A DNA stretch of 63,892 nt, filler included, from Octopus bimaculoides (taxonomy: Eukaryota), in the NCBI RefSeq assembly GCF_001194135.2. It is 6 parts of 5 records of this genome, joined end to end, with 100 filler letters (N's around TTAATTAATTAA, not from the genome) between each part and the next. Parts side by side here need not be neighbours in the genome. Positions count along the whole stretch, not along the records: positions 10,093 to 23,135 come from NC_068990.1; positions 23,236 to 37,980 come from NC_069003.1; 4 more parts are not named here. One strand, 5' to 3'. Made by a program: the position numbers and the translations under genes. The notes beneath the pieces are model-generated. The model worked only from the letters and a program-made list of their open reading frames with translations, made no database searches and was not told where the DNA came from. Positions 14,198 to 27,384 of this stretch are shown in pieces. Position 1 is the first letter of the stretch. Each line of letters opens with the position of its first letter.

Positions 14198-17100
14198 TAT
14201 TTCTGCTTCTTTTAAATAAAGCATATTAATCTACATCTGGTATTTGAGTACTCTTTTTTCCACCTTGTTGCACATTTTATGTGCTTACTCCGGTATATAT
14301 ATATAAGTGGCAATTTGTTAATAACTTGATGAATTCACGTGTGTCGACGAACAAGAATGTAATATAGGAAATTGCATTTAGGCACTCCATGCAGTGGTTA
14401 CGAGTAAAACATCAGGGTGAGCATTAGTGGAACTTGTGCAGACCTAACGTTAAATGCGTTAGAGCTGACAGGTTGGAATTTATTTAGTGCGGAAATAATT
14501 GTTAAATATTATTATGGAATATGCTTCCATAAATGTTATCAAATAAGACTTGACTCCGTACTTTATTTGCTCTAAAACACCTTAACCTGATGGAATTAAT
14601 GAGGCTAGAAATGCATATAAGGATAGCAACTCATATCAATGACGTCATTACATTATAAAACGACCGGAATTAAAGGTGTCAATAACTGATATCATCTTAT
14701 GAATTTCTTAAATATGAAATGAACAAGGTAGATATTGGTAGCGTCGGTGGACTTGGCGGTGAATGAAGAAATATGTAACAAACATTAGAAAACGTATATA
14801 AATTACTATAAAGGATTTGTAACAATAGCAATAGAATATTAGCACGGAAACTGGATATTTCAATTCGTTCAAAGCCGACACGAACAACGTGAGTAGACGA
14901 GAGGGCTGAAACGTTTTAGAAACGTGCAAACGGATTATTTATATCGATTCTTCATTTCACGCACGATTCGTGAATCAAATATCAATATTCCGTTCAAAAG
15001 AATACCTTTTTGTTTCGTTACAAGATGTTAGTAAATTTATTTTTGTTATCGCGTCACGCTCAGTTCTTCCTAGTCACGTCATTCCATCCTCTAAATTTCA
15101 CCTACTGGCGTTGTACGACTTATTTACTGATTAGTAAATATAATTAATACATACAACGGGCAATGTGTTAGATTAGGTATGTTCGTATTGAGCCGTTGAT
15201 TACCATTTCAATGCATTGATATAAACACTATCCCTATCTGCTCGTGCGCATTCCTTTTAGCAATCACATACTCTCACGCAATAGTGCGCTCATATATTCC
15301 ATATATATATGTGTAATGCATGCGTATCTATTTATATAACTATTCCTCTCATCTCATGAGACAATAAATGATTATAATTATTTCTAGGTTCAATTGTCAA
15401 ATCGTTGGACGTGTCATACTTCCTGCAGTGTAATGGTGTGACCTATGATCAGTGGTTGAACATTACACGTAAAATATTGCTTCAAACACAAGAATTAGCC
15501 CACAAGGGAAATTTGTTTCTTCCCACACGTTTCACTACGCTGTTATTCTGTGCAACAAATTCACCCTGGCTGTGGGAAGAGAGTACGTAGACCTGGGGAC
15601 GATAGAAAAGACGTAGTTATTCATTTCATTAATGAACACGTCGACGATAATTTACAGGTCATGACCGAAATACAGAGTATTTGATAGTCATATCCACTGC
15701 ATTAGAAATTATGGTAGAAGTGAATCGAATATATTTCTAATCTTTAGTTCACACACAAAAGAGAGGGTATACAACCATTAACAAAGACAAAGAGAAAGGG
15801 AGAAGGCGGAGGAAGAAAAACAAAAGAACGACAGAAGAAACTGAGCGTATCAACGTATAAGCGTGCGATGACATTTTTGTGGTCCTACGGTCAACTGTTT
15901 TTGATGTTATGTTATAGTGATTGCTAACCCTCAAAACACAAATCCCATTTGACCGGGTATAAATCGCGGGAAAACCATTTTACATCAACAAAGGAATTCT
16001 ATATTCGTTAAAGGATTATCCATTTACGAGATGGCCAAATATGTTTTTATTATTCTCAGATGGTTAGTGCAAAGACTTTTAATCTCCAAAGACTTTTAAG
16101 CCTTGAAATATATCAGGAATGATATTATTCACTTTATTTTACACACTATGGTTGCTAAGATTCTATCAATGGTGCTGTAACACGCGATCATGTAGCAAAC
16201 ATAAATTCTACATCTACCTTGGTTGCCAAATTTATTGAAGCCTGAAGTTCCGAAATAGCTCCTTAACTGGCAACTTAATGATTAAAAAAACCCAAAGACA
16301 TATCAAGGAGTTCAGGCTGTCTTCAATTCATAATTATATGATATATATTTTAATTATATCAATGATTAGGGTACTAAACATAAACCATTAATCTGATTAT
16401 GGTAACATTTACGCGATTAATATAATGTGCTCCTGAATACACGTATGCATTTCATATTCAGGTGGAATAAAAATACCTATATTTTGATTGTATTTGCATT
16501 ACATCACAAATATTTAATTTACTTCAGAATCACATTTTGAAACTTAATATTTGATGCAGACTATATGAAAAGCTGTAGGCAATCATGTGTCCGTAGGCTC
16601 AATCCCATTGCGTGATGTGTGAGTGAAATTGTGTCCGCGAAAAATTAGTGGAAACCCATCTGACTGATATTATTGGTAATTTAGTGTAACGCAATGGACA
16701 ACAGCAATAACAGTTGGAATTTACGTTATTGGTTCACGCAAAAATTATATATAATTAAATGGGAAGATTATTCAGTTGTGCAAACACCTGGACCAAAATC
16801 GTAGGAGATATGATAGCAGTTAGTTATATCATTTTCACTTTAAGTTATATGTGTGTGCGTGTTTGTGTGTGTGTGTGTGAGTGTGTGCTTGCGTATTTCC
16901 TTTGACCGCCTGTAGTGGGAGACAAAGTTAAAGTTCTAAACCAGGCTTGCATTGACACACTTCATCTATGTCTTCCTGTATGGTATTACTTGCTACTCCA
17001 TCTCACTTAGACCATCTGTTTAAATAGTTGCCTCATTTCCTGAATCGCATTAATCACAACACACGTAGCCTGAACAGAAGATGAGATATGACGTAATACG

Positions 17101-18463
17101 AAGAGCAAACTAATATATATATATTCTGATAATATGGAAGGCATGCATGGATAATGCATGTATGTATCAGGCTGAGTTCTCCAGGTGTATTACGTACGTA
17201 TACTAACCTTTGTATTTCTGTTGTCAAAATGACACGATATCGCCCGTAGTATGGGAAACATTTAAGATGTCATGAACACGTTTATGTTGATACAGTTAAC
17301 AAATACACTTTTACGCTTGTAAAAATGCAGTTTCTGTAGAAGTCGTGATATGGTATGCATTGCAGTATATGACTTCTTTACTATCATATTCTGCCGAACT
17401 GACGATCTATATGTTACACTTGTTCTGATGCGTTATTGTCATAGTACACAACTTTCGCTAGGTTAATCTTTACTTCTTTAGCCATTCACGTTATAACTAT
17501 CAGGTCACGATTTTGAATTTTTCGATAGGAAATTTTGATTTTTAAACATTTCTCGCATAATTCTTGTGCGAGTGCTTTTTAATTTTTCTCTTTTAATGGA
17601 CATCACAAATTTAACTCTTTTAGAAAAATGTATTATTTTGATAATCGAGATATTTATATCGAGAAATGGATTGTCTTTACCTGTACAACTTCGGGCTGTC
17701 CTTATTGAATAGTTTCTAAGAATGGAGAAAACAGCTAGGCAGATAGTAAAGAAGGATGTTATTGAAGTTGATTATATCGAAGCATTGCACCGCTAGAGAA
17801 AAACATCAGTTGATGGTAGGCATGGTCAAATGATTTGTATTCATTTAAAAAAAAAAACCCTTGTAAAAATATTTTCCCATCCACTATGCTAACTCTTCAC
17901 AGCACTATACCTTAAAGTATAAATTTTATTTCATTAGCTTTGCCTAGTTAATTGCAATATATAGCAGACTATTGTGCATGTATGAATTTGAACACAAAAT
18001 CGCAGAGTATCAAACCAGGCAATGCAAATAATTTAGTTTAACACCACACTGTTAAAAACATGCTCACACTACTACCACAGTATCATGATCATGCTAATAA
18101 ATCATGTTATTATACTCCTCACTAATATTCTTCATTTATATTCTGCGTACTGTTTCATAATTTATAATTTAGTTATCCTACAGTTTAAAAGAAAATACAA
18201 AACAATAATATTTTCTCCGCCTTTTGCTTGATAAATGTGATTTCTTATAACCTTTTAACAGGATAAAATTTCTCTCGGTGAATCAAAGAGATATTAACAT
18301 ACCATTTACCGCTTCGCTAGTCTCTTGCTTCCTCCTATTACCGACAGGCACAAATTCATATCCTTGCAATATCATTATTATTAATATTTCCATTATTAAT
18401 CTCGTTGTTGCTGTAATCGTAATGACAGTATTTAAAAGTAGTTGTAGTAGCAGCCGATGTATA

Positions 18464-18587
<124 letters not shown>

Positions 18588-19365
18588 TCTTTATCGCAGG
18601 TTTTGTTGGAGCTTCTTGAGTTTTGCATGCGCAGCGGGCTTAATACCTGCAGCCTACGGTAACATACTATTCGTTCTTTTCAGCTATCTAATACTTTCCT
18701 ACTTGTTGTTGTTGTTGTTGTTAGTAGTAGTAGTAGTAGTAGTAGTAGTTTCATGGTTAGAAGCAGACGTTGCTCTTAGTGATAGTGCTCGTTTTACAAT
18801 GCTTTAAATGAGAAATGCTTCTTTCTTCATATCTATTTCTCAAATGATGAGAGGACATGCAATCCCGTTCAGAAATTTATGAAAGATAAGAAGTGTAATG
18901 AATCTAGCGTATGATGGAATGTGACTGACGGCTCTCCTTTGTTTTGTATTATTTGGTGGTGGTGGTGGTGGTGGTGGTGATGATTCTGTGTCTAGTAGTA
19001 GTGCTGGAGTGGATCATGGCTCTTGCTATCTTCGTCGTGATCAACGGCGCAGAAAAAAGTGTTGTGTTTTATGGATAATTAATATAATTCATTCTTTTTC
19101 ACGAGCAAAGGACAAGTTGTAACGTTTCTAATTCTGCTTTTTACTAAGTGTCGTCGTGTTAATAACTGAACTAATATCAAGTGTGCTCAAATATAGTCTT
19201 GGCCTTTGTGTGTCGATTGAATACATGCATTGGAAAAGGAGCTTAATCAGTAAACACTTCCCTTTTTAATATATCCAACAGTTTCATGACTGGAATTTCA
19301 CGTCTATTTTATAAGTATTACTTCAATAGTAGCAGATGTTCAGTCTGTGGATCGTCTAAGAGTGT

Positions 19366-19650
19366 AACGGTTAGGGCAGCGGACTCGCGGTCGGAAGATC
19401 GTGGTTTCGATTCTCAGACCGGGCGTTGTGTGTGTTTATTGAGCGAAAACACCTAAGGCTCCATGAGGCTCCGGCACGGGATGGTGGTGACCCCTGTTGT
19501 ACTCCTTCGCCCCAAATTTTTGTTACTCTTTCTTCCTGTTTCTTGAGTAACACTGCGATGGAATGTCGTCCCGTCCAGCTGGAGGGAATACATATGCCAT
19601 AAAAAACAGGAAACCGGGTCCATGAGCCTGGCTAAGCTTGAAAAGGGCGC
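19366..19650 (+). mobile_element. tRNA-derived SINE, family C
   Basis: tRNA-like head tgtaacggttagggcagcggactcgcggtcggaagatcgtggtttcgattctc. The 3' part ctgcgatgga..gtcccgtccag..gggaatacatatgccat..caggaaaccgg is shared with 33706-33930. Confidence 0.8.
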
Positions 19651-20209
19651 ATTAATTATAAATAAAACTGATACGTTTGGATGTTAGTATCTGAAACAAA
19701 ACCTCTATTAAATAGAAATGATGTAATCACAGCAGACAAGGACAGAATATACAAATTGTGCAGCGGCTTAGATACATGGACCACTTGTTGCAAACAACGT
19801 ATAAAAACCTAATAATGCAATCCGTAATCACAGGCTACCCAATCGCAAGCTGGAATTGAGATTTACGACAATCAAATTCAGATACCTTTCTGTAATGATA
19901 CAGTTCTATTATGGAACGCATGCAAGACATGAGTTCTGTGTCGGGGATGGAAAGAATAATACAGAGATTGGGAATGAGTCACCATAGAAAAAAATTAATC
20001 AAGGTGATGTCAAACAGATGGGTTTCAACGCTGTTCCATCGGCCGTATTTCAGATGGTGGTGGTGGTGGCTACAAGGTTATACAAAATGGTGGTTAATCA
20101 TAAAGCTACGGAGCAGCTTCAAACAGAATACTGCATGATTGTGAACCAAACTTCTTCCCTGTTTGCCTACACTTCAACTACAAATATAGACGAATGCGAA
20201 TGTGTGAGT

Positions 20210-20256
<47 letters not shown>

Positions 20257-21034
20257 GAGAGAGAGAGAGAGAGAGATAGAGAGAGAGAGAGAAAGAGAGA
20301 GAGATGCCTGCATGTATGCGTGTGCATCATTCTCTACGTATATGTGTATGCATATATACACCTATGTCTGTATATGTATGTGTCTTAGATGCTGTTGCAA
20401 AACTTTCTAACGAACTGCCTGAACCAATAGAGAAATAATTCATCATTGACGGAAAACTATCCTCCTGTAAATTAATAATTCATATTTACAACATATACTA
20501 ACAGTTTTCGCCGCCCGCAATGGAAACAAATGTTGACATTTTCATCATTGAACAGATACGAAACCGACTCAAACAAATTTATTTTTGTCTTGCACTTCCA
20601 CACTTAGAAGACTAAGTATATGATTGACATTCTCAAGATGAATCTATCTGCAGAATTGCATCTGTATATGTATGGATAAATGAACTTTTTAGTTATGTAA
20701 CAAGGAAGGACTGCATACAATAATGTAATCGATACATTCTAAAATGCAGAGTTGAATTATTCGTGTCTGGGGAAGGGTCAAAGAAACACATCAGTTGGAT
20801 GATCCACCCATAGAGACAAAACAAGTACACAGCGGTACGTGCGTGTACACAGTCACATTCTCACATTCACATATCTATACACATATCTATACACATATCT
20901 ATACACATATCTATACACGCTTACACACCCTTATACACATATGGAAATATATACATAAATCCTAGATTATGCGCCTTCGTTTTCCCCCTCACCCACACAC
21001 ACACACACACACACATACACACACACCCACACAC

Positions 21035-22071
21035 AATTTCTCATTTAAATTGCCATAGAATTTTCAAGTGCTATATTCTATGACCGCGTATATGTGCACG
21101 TCTGTAACGGTGCGTCGCCGTTATATTTAATGTTGTTGCATCAAACCACACATTTCAACATAGGATATTATGATATTACAATCTGCGTGATACTAATATT
21201 ACAACTATTACTATTACGTTGTACAGTAAGTATAGTTTTAATAGAGCGAAAGCCGTTCGGTTCAAAAATATATGTGTCCAAGTATTTTTCTAGCATACCA
21301 ATAACCTAAATATATATGATACCTTATCGAAGCAGAATGTAAAAATGATACACATATTCAATTGTTGTTATATGCTTATTAGTAATAAAAATGTTGAATG
21401 GTTAATATTCATCACATCGTTATTTAATTGAGTAAATAATACGATTTAATATGAAATAAATATAATGCAATACATAAAATACATATGATTTATGACTATA
21501 TTTACAAGTTATCAAATAGGGCAAATTATCATTAATCAGTGTATATAATCTGTTTTCAAGCATAAGGAAAGTTTTAGACCACTACCATTTATGCATTTAT
21601 ATTTAAACTCGTGTAACATCGAGAGGATTGTTGTAATGGAATCACTTCATTACAATATTCTGAATACTTCACCGAAGTGAATATACACCGTCGAAAGAAA
21701 CCTCTAAAACAAGCGGTATACTATGTCGAAATGTTTGCAGTTCTTAAAAGTAGATAGCAAACGCCACGCATACAGCACACTTTCTGCAAGGGCCCGCGAT
21801 ACAATAAACGTAATTCAAAAAATTCTTCATGTGTACACTATGACGAAACATATATGTAGTGTTCGTACGTTCTTTCTGGTTCCACCTTTAAATTTAAATA
21901 GATAGTAAACTTTCCGGCTTTTCCATATGCTACATTGTTGTCACGTGGTACTGCTATGTTTGTTATATTTTATGCGATTGCTTGTGGCGAATATCATGCC
22001 TTGCCGTGTATGCACAATCAATTTGTCATTTAAATTGCCATAGAATTTTCAAGTGCTATATTCTACGACCG
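21035..22071 (+). repeat. 52-bp direct repeat pair (21035-21086 and 22020-22071)
   Basis: aattt(c/g)tcatttaaattgccatagaattttcaagtgctatattcta(t/c)gaccg, 2 mismatches. Confidence 0.9.
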
Positions 22072-22489
22072 GTTCGGTTATGTAGTGATTGCATTTAAAG
22101 TGTGTTTCTAATCCATAGAATTAACCGAGTCCCCGGTGAATGTAATGAATCTCTCTGTGGTGGCGAGCTTTGAATTCATGTTGTGGTAGCTTTCTACGCG
22201 TACTGCTAGCGTGTGTCGTACTGTCTACATCTTTACATAAAAAGATACCCCTCTCATTCAACTATCTTGTAGATAGATAATCTTTAAATAGTTGGTTGCA
22301 AGAGCTTGGCCTTGAGATAAAAGAATAAGACCATCCTGTTTTCCTCTTTGAATCTTTTTTTGCCTAGATATATACTTGACTCATCGGCTTTCATATACTA
22401 GGGAAACCTTTCAAATTTTGCAGTTAAATCAAATGACTTTCACAACTCTCACCTCTCTTTCTCTGCCATTTACCTCTATGACTGACTGG

Positions 22490-22850
22490 TTTCAAAATCC
22501 TAGTGATCTCTCCACCATCTTACTGGACCATCCCTTTCTCCGCTTGATGTTTGCTGGTTGAAAAAGTGGTTTAATTCTTGCTCTTCCAAAGTAACCCAGT
22601 TTGTGCAGATACCTGACAGGTGTTCTGGGACAGGCATCAACTTGGTATGCGATGTCAGAAGCCTTGCAACGAGGATTATCCTCCAAACTTCTCTTAACAA
22701 AGAGAAGGGATTTATAGGGCCTGGGTTGATCTGAGCAAGATGATGTAGAGTTCTTCCACTCTCTGGAGATTTGCAGAATCATTCGTAGAAAGCGGGATCC
22801 CAATGTCATCTGCGATGTTACGCCGACTATGTCCCCCATCAGAATGACAC
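22490..22850 (-). mobile_element. Tc1-family transposase N-terminal (HTH) fragment, decayed
   Basis: ...LFVKRSLEDNPRCKASDIAYQVDACPRTPVRYLHKLGYFGRARIKPLFQPANIKRRKGWSSKMVERSLGF* matches the Tc1 pattern NPR..A..IA....S..T..R.LH..G..GR....KPLL...N..RR..WA......F.W. Confidence 0.8.
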
Positions 22851-22982
22851 AGAATATAGCTTAATTGAAATTGAGACAGTTCCAAGACTTCTTTTGTACA
22901 TGGTATGATTAAACAGTCAAACCTTTACAAGTTAACGTAAACATATAACGATGTTTTATAGGGTGTGTATTTACTTTTGTCA

Positions 22983-23135
22983 TAGATCGCTGACCACTAC
23001 ACATATAATTTGTTCTCTCCTTGTTTCTCTCATTGTTTCTTTCTGTGTTCCTTTCTCTTCAAGAGCGAAGGCTCGAAACGTTAAAGACTTTCTCTATTCC
23101 CGAGCGTTATACTTATACATCCATTTGTTGTCTAC
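22983..23135 (+). mobile_element. Interspersed PLE-type tail with degenerate hammerhead-like motif (23051-23087)
   Basis: cctttctcttcaagagcgaaggctcgaaacgttaaagactttctc..cccgagcgttatac is homologous to 43150-43278 (minus); the upstream tagatcgctgaccactacac motif recurs at about 62391. Confidence 0.65.
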
Positions 23136-23235
23136 NNNNNNNNNNNNNNNNNNNNNNNNNNNNNNNNNNNNNNNNNNNNTTAATTAATTAANNNNNNNNN
23201 NNNNNNNNNNNNNNNNNNNNNNNNNNNNNNNNNNN

Positions 23236-23267
<32 letters not shown>

Positions 23268-23654
23268 AAACATTATCACCACAATCATCAAGAACACCAC
23301 TACTACTACTACTACCACCACCACCACCACCACCACCAGCACCATCACCCCGCTACTACTACTACTACTACTACTACTACTATTACTACTACTACTACTA
23401 CTACTACTACTACAATAACAATATAAAACGTGTTGTTTATATTAAATGTTTCCACGCTGAACAGTTGCGCCGTCTAATGTTAGCACAGACAAAACCATCG
23501 ATATTTCTAGAAACAAAACTCTCCATTATTGTTTCAGAAAATATATTAACGTTACACACACACAGTCGCGATAAATATTATTAAGCTAACTACTGTTTTT
23601 ATAATAGGATGTGATCGCGGTTAGATTTATTATAAGAGTGCAGCATTCACGCTG

Positions 23655-23796
23655 CAGACTTGGCAGAATCGTTAGTGCATCGAACAAAATTGTTTCGGGC
23701 GTTTCTTCCATCTTTTTACCTTCTGAATTCAAATCCCGCTGCGGTCATCTTTCCCTTTCCTGCTTTCGGACAGGAGTCGATGGCATCACCTAACCC
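23655..23796 (+). mobile_element. tRNA-derived SINE, family A (degenerate)
   Basis: ttggcagaatcgttagtgcatcg...ttctgaattcaaatcccgc is homologous to 43279-43506. Confidence 0.75.
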
Positions 23797-24096
23797 TCCA
23801 GCTTCGAAGTTTTAGGTTATTACAATTATGATGTTATGATGTCATAAGAGTAAATATCTTTATGACGACATCATGTCATAAAATCCATCACAGTTATGAC
23901 GTCATGTAAATTATCAGATTTATTACAACTATGACGTTATGATGTCATTGAGGGAAATTTGGCTGGTATTTCTGGCAGGTTGATCGACAACGCATAGGCA
24001 TCCTCCGTGGCATCTATTTGATGTTCCTGTTGTTGTTGTTGGTGGTGGTGGTTATGCTATTGTTAGTGTTACTGTTGCTATTATAGTTGTTGGTTA

Positions 24097-24302
24097 AAGG
24101 GCGGCGTTAGGATGCTGGGCAAAATACTTCACGAATTTTTATCCGTCTTTATGTTCTGAGTTCAAATTCCGCCGATGTTGACTTCGTCTTTCATCCTTTC
24201 GGGGCTCGATGAAATAAGTACCAGTCACGTACTGGGGTCGATGTAACTGATTAAGCCCGTCCCCATCACAAATTTCAGGCCTTGTGCCTTTAGTACAAAG
24301 GA
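24097..24302 (+). mobile_element. tRNA-derived SINE, family A
   Basis: gttctgagttcaaattccgccgatgttgacttcg..tcatcctttcgggg..aataagtaccagt..ggccttgtgcc. Confidence 0.85.
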
Positions 24303-24845
24303 TTGTGGTTGTGGTTGCGTGAGTGCCACCGCTGCTGTTGTCATTGGTTTCGTTATTCCTGTTGTTGTTGGTTTGGTGATTGCTGTTGTTGTTGTCGGTG
24401 TTATTATTGTTACTCATTTCAATGTTGTTGTTGGTAGAGGTCTTTATACTATTATAGTTTCTTCTGTTGATGCTGTTGTTGTTGTTGTTGTTCTTGTTAT
24501 GTCTATTCAAGAAGACACTCGCAGTGTAATACAATGCAACTTAAAAATAGTAATTATTGTTTACATAAAGTTTGGAAATGTAATTAGACGAAACAAGGTA
24601 AGTGCTGAAATAAAATTAACGGAACAAAGACGCGAACCATCTCCAATTACTTGATTCTGTTCGTTATCCAATAAAGTCAATCACTATTGTGAGAGATAAG
24701 TTTGCTTGGAGAGCTTCTAATCCGGACGAAAGATACACGGCCATATTGGATCAATAGAATCACTTACATGTTCTATTGTGCAAGTGACCAGCGGTGAGGG
24801 AAGGAAGCGTGATGTATCGTTGATTAACTGGACGTGTTGTTGGCA

Positions 24846-24914
<69 letters not shown>

Positions 24915-24917
24915 GCC

Positions 24918-24950
<33 letters not shown>

Positions 24951-24951
24951 G
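24846..24951. repeat. (ATCT)n(GTCT)n microsatellite
   Basis: Direct read. Confidence 0.95.
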
Positions 24952-26107
24952 CCAGTATGTCTGTCTGTCTCTATCTCTATATCTCAATCTATCTGTCTGT
25001 CTATTCATTCCTTTAATCCATCCATGTATGTATGTATGTATGTACATACATACGTACGAACGACGTACGGACGTACGTATATAGGTGTATATGTACGTAT
25101 GTATAAGTCAATCAGTCCATCAATCAATCAATCAATCTATCTATTTCTTCATAGATACATATACGAATACTCCTGCGCGTACATGCACACTCACACAAAC
25201 ACACACACACACACACACACACAAACACGCAGACGCGCNNNNNNNNNNNNNNNNNNNNNNNNNNNNNNNNNNNNNNNNNNNNNNNNNNNNNNNNNNNNNN
25301 NNNNNNNNNNNNNNNNNNNNNNNNNNNNNNNNNNNNNNNNNNNNNNNNNNNNNNNNNNNNNNNNNNNNNNNNNNNNNNNNNNNNNNNNNNNNNNNNNNNN
25401 NNNNNNNNNNNNNNNNNNNNNNNNNNNNNNNNNNNNNNNNNNNNNNNNNNNNNNNNNNNNNNNNNNNNNNNNNNNNNNNNNNNNNNNNNNNNNNNNNNNN
25501 NNNNNNNNNNNNNNNNNNNNNNNNNNNNNNNNNNNNNNNNNNNNNNNNNNNNNNNNNNNNNNNNNNNNNNNNNNNNNNNNNNNNNNNNNNNNNNNNNNNN
25601 NNNNNNNNNNNNNNNNNNNNNNNNNNNNNNNNNNNNNNNNNNNNNNNNNNNNNNNNNNNNNNNNNNNNNNNNNNNNNNNNNNNNNNNNNNNNNNNNNNNN
25701 NNNNNNNNNNNNNNNNNNNNNNNNNNNNNNNNNNNNNNNNNNNNNNNNNNNNNNNNNNNNNNNNNNNNNNNNNNNNNNNNNNNNNNNNNNNNNNNNNNNN
25801 NNNNNNNNNNNNNNNNNNNNNNNNNNNNNNNNNNNNNNNNNNNNNNNNNNNNNNNNNNNNNNNNNNNNNNNNNNNNNNNNNNNNNNNNNNNNNNNNNNNN
25901 NNNNNNNNNNNNNNNNNNNNNNNNNNNNNNNNNNNNNNNNNNNNNNNNNNNNNNNNNNNNNNNNNNNNNNNNNNNNNNNNNNNNNNNNNNNNNNNNNNNN
26001 NNNNNNNNNNNNNNNNNNNNNNNNNNNNNNNNNNNNNNNNNNNNNNNNNNNNNNNNNNNNNNNNNNNNNNNNNNNNNNNNNNNNNNNNNNNNNNNNNNNN
26101 NNNNNNN

Positions 26108-26143
<36 letters not shown>

Positions 26144-26329
26144 CATATATATGTATATGTATATGTACATGTATACATACATATATATTTGTACACACTT
26201 GTAAATGTATGCATGTGCGTGTGTATGTGTGTATGTATTGTCACTGAATTTTCTTTCCTTTTTGCCCCTTTATTTTTTTGTTTACTTTTTTATTTTTTAT
26301 TTTTGGGTCTTTCTCCCCTTTTTCTCTAT

Positions 26330-26467
26330 CACATGACGTTGTAAATGGACAATGTGGTGCGCTTATTTTAATCGCCTACCAAAGTATACTGTGCGTTTCC
26401 CTGCCTTAGGTGTCAGGAACACACTCGGCAAGAATTGAAAGCGGAAGTGAAAGAAGATGATAATGAA

Positions 26468-26501
<34 letters not shown>
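26330..26501 (+). mobile_element. Possible 3' UTR end of a LINE with (AAT)n tail
   Basis: taggtgtcagg..cactcggcaag..aagtgaaag..aaaataataat loosely resembles the 3' end of the R4-like element at 63535-63640 (ctcggtagtgaagtgaaag..aataataat). Confidence 0.35.
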
Positions 26502-27307
26502 NNNNNNNNNNNNNNNNNNNNNNNNNNNNNNNNNNNNNNNNNNNNNNNNNNNNNNNNNNNNNNNNNNNNNNNNNNNNNNNNNNNNNNNNNNNNNNNNNNN
26601 NNNNNNNNNNNNNNNNNNNNNNNNNNNNNNNNNNNNNNNNNNNNNNNNNNNNNNNNNNNNNNNNNNNNNNNNNNNNNNNNNNNNNNNNNNNNNNNNNNNN
26701 NNNNNNNNNNNNNNNNNNNNNNNNNNNNNNNNNNNNNNNNNNNNNNNNNNNNNNNNNNNNNNNNNNNNNNNNNNNNNNNNNNNNNNNNNNNNNNNNNNNN
26801 NNNNNNNNNNNNNNNNNNNNNNNNNNNNNNNNNNNNNNNNNNNNNNNNNNNNNNNNNNNNNNNNNNNNNNNNNNNNNNNNNNNNNNNNNNNNNNNNNNNN
26901 NNNNNNNNNNNNNNNNNNNNNNNNNNNNNNNNNNNNNNNNNNNNNNNNNNNNNNNNNNNNNNNNNNNNNNNNNNNNNNNNNNNNNNNNNNNNNNNNNNNN
27001 NNNNNNNNNNNNNNNNNNNNNNNNNNNNNNNNNNNNNNNNNNNNNNNNNNNNNNNNNNNNNNNNNNNNNNNNNNNNNNNNNNNNNNNNNNNNNNNNNNNN
27101 NNNNNNNNNNNNNNNNNNNNNNNNNNNNNNNNNNNNNNNNNNNNNNNNNNNNNNNNNNNNNNNNNNNNNNNNNNNNNNNNNNNNNNNNNNNNNNNNNNNN
27201 NNNNNNNNNNNNNNNNNNNNNNNNNNNNNNNNNNNNNNNNNNNNNNNNNNNNNNNNNNNNNNNNNNNNNNNNNNNNNNNNNNNNNNNNNNNNNNNNNNNN
27301 NNNNNNN

Positions 27308-27383
<76 letters not shown>

Positions 27384-27384
27384 G

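Noticed and set aside
15405-15590. 61-aa non-repetitive ORF
   Set aside because: No recognisable domain or splice support; a length expected by chance.
19366-19430. tRNA gene call for SINE heads (also the family A and B heads)
   Set aside because: They have A/B-box-like motifs but no full cloverleaf, and continue into shared SINE bodies.
24570-24603. Consensus donor aag|gtaagt
   Set aside because: No supporting upstream acceptor or coding frame.
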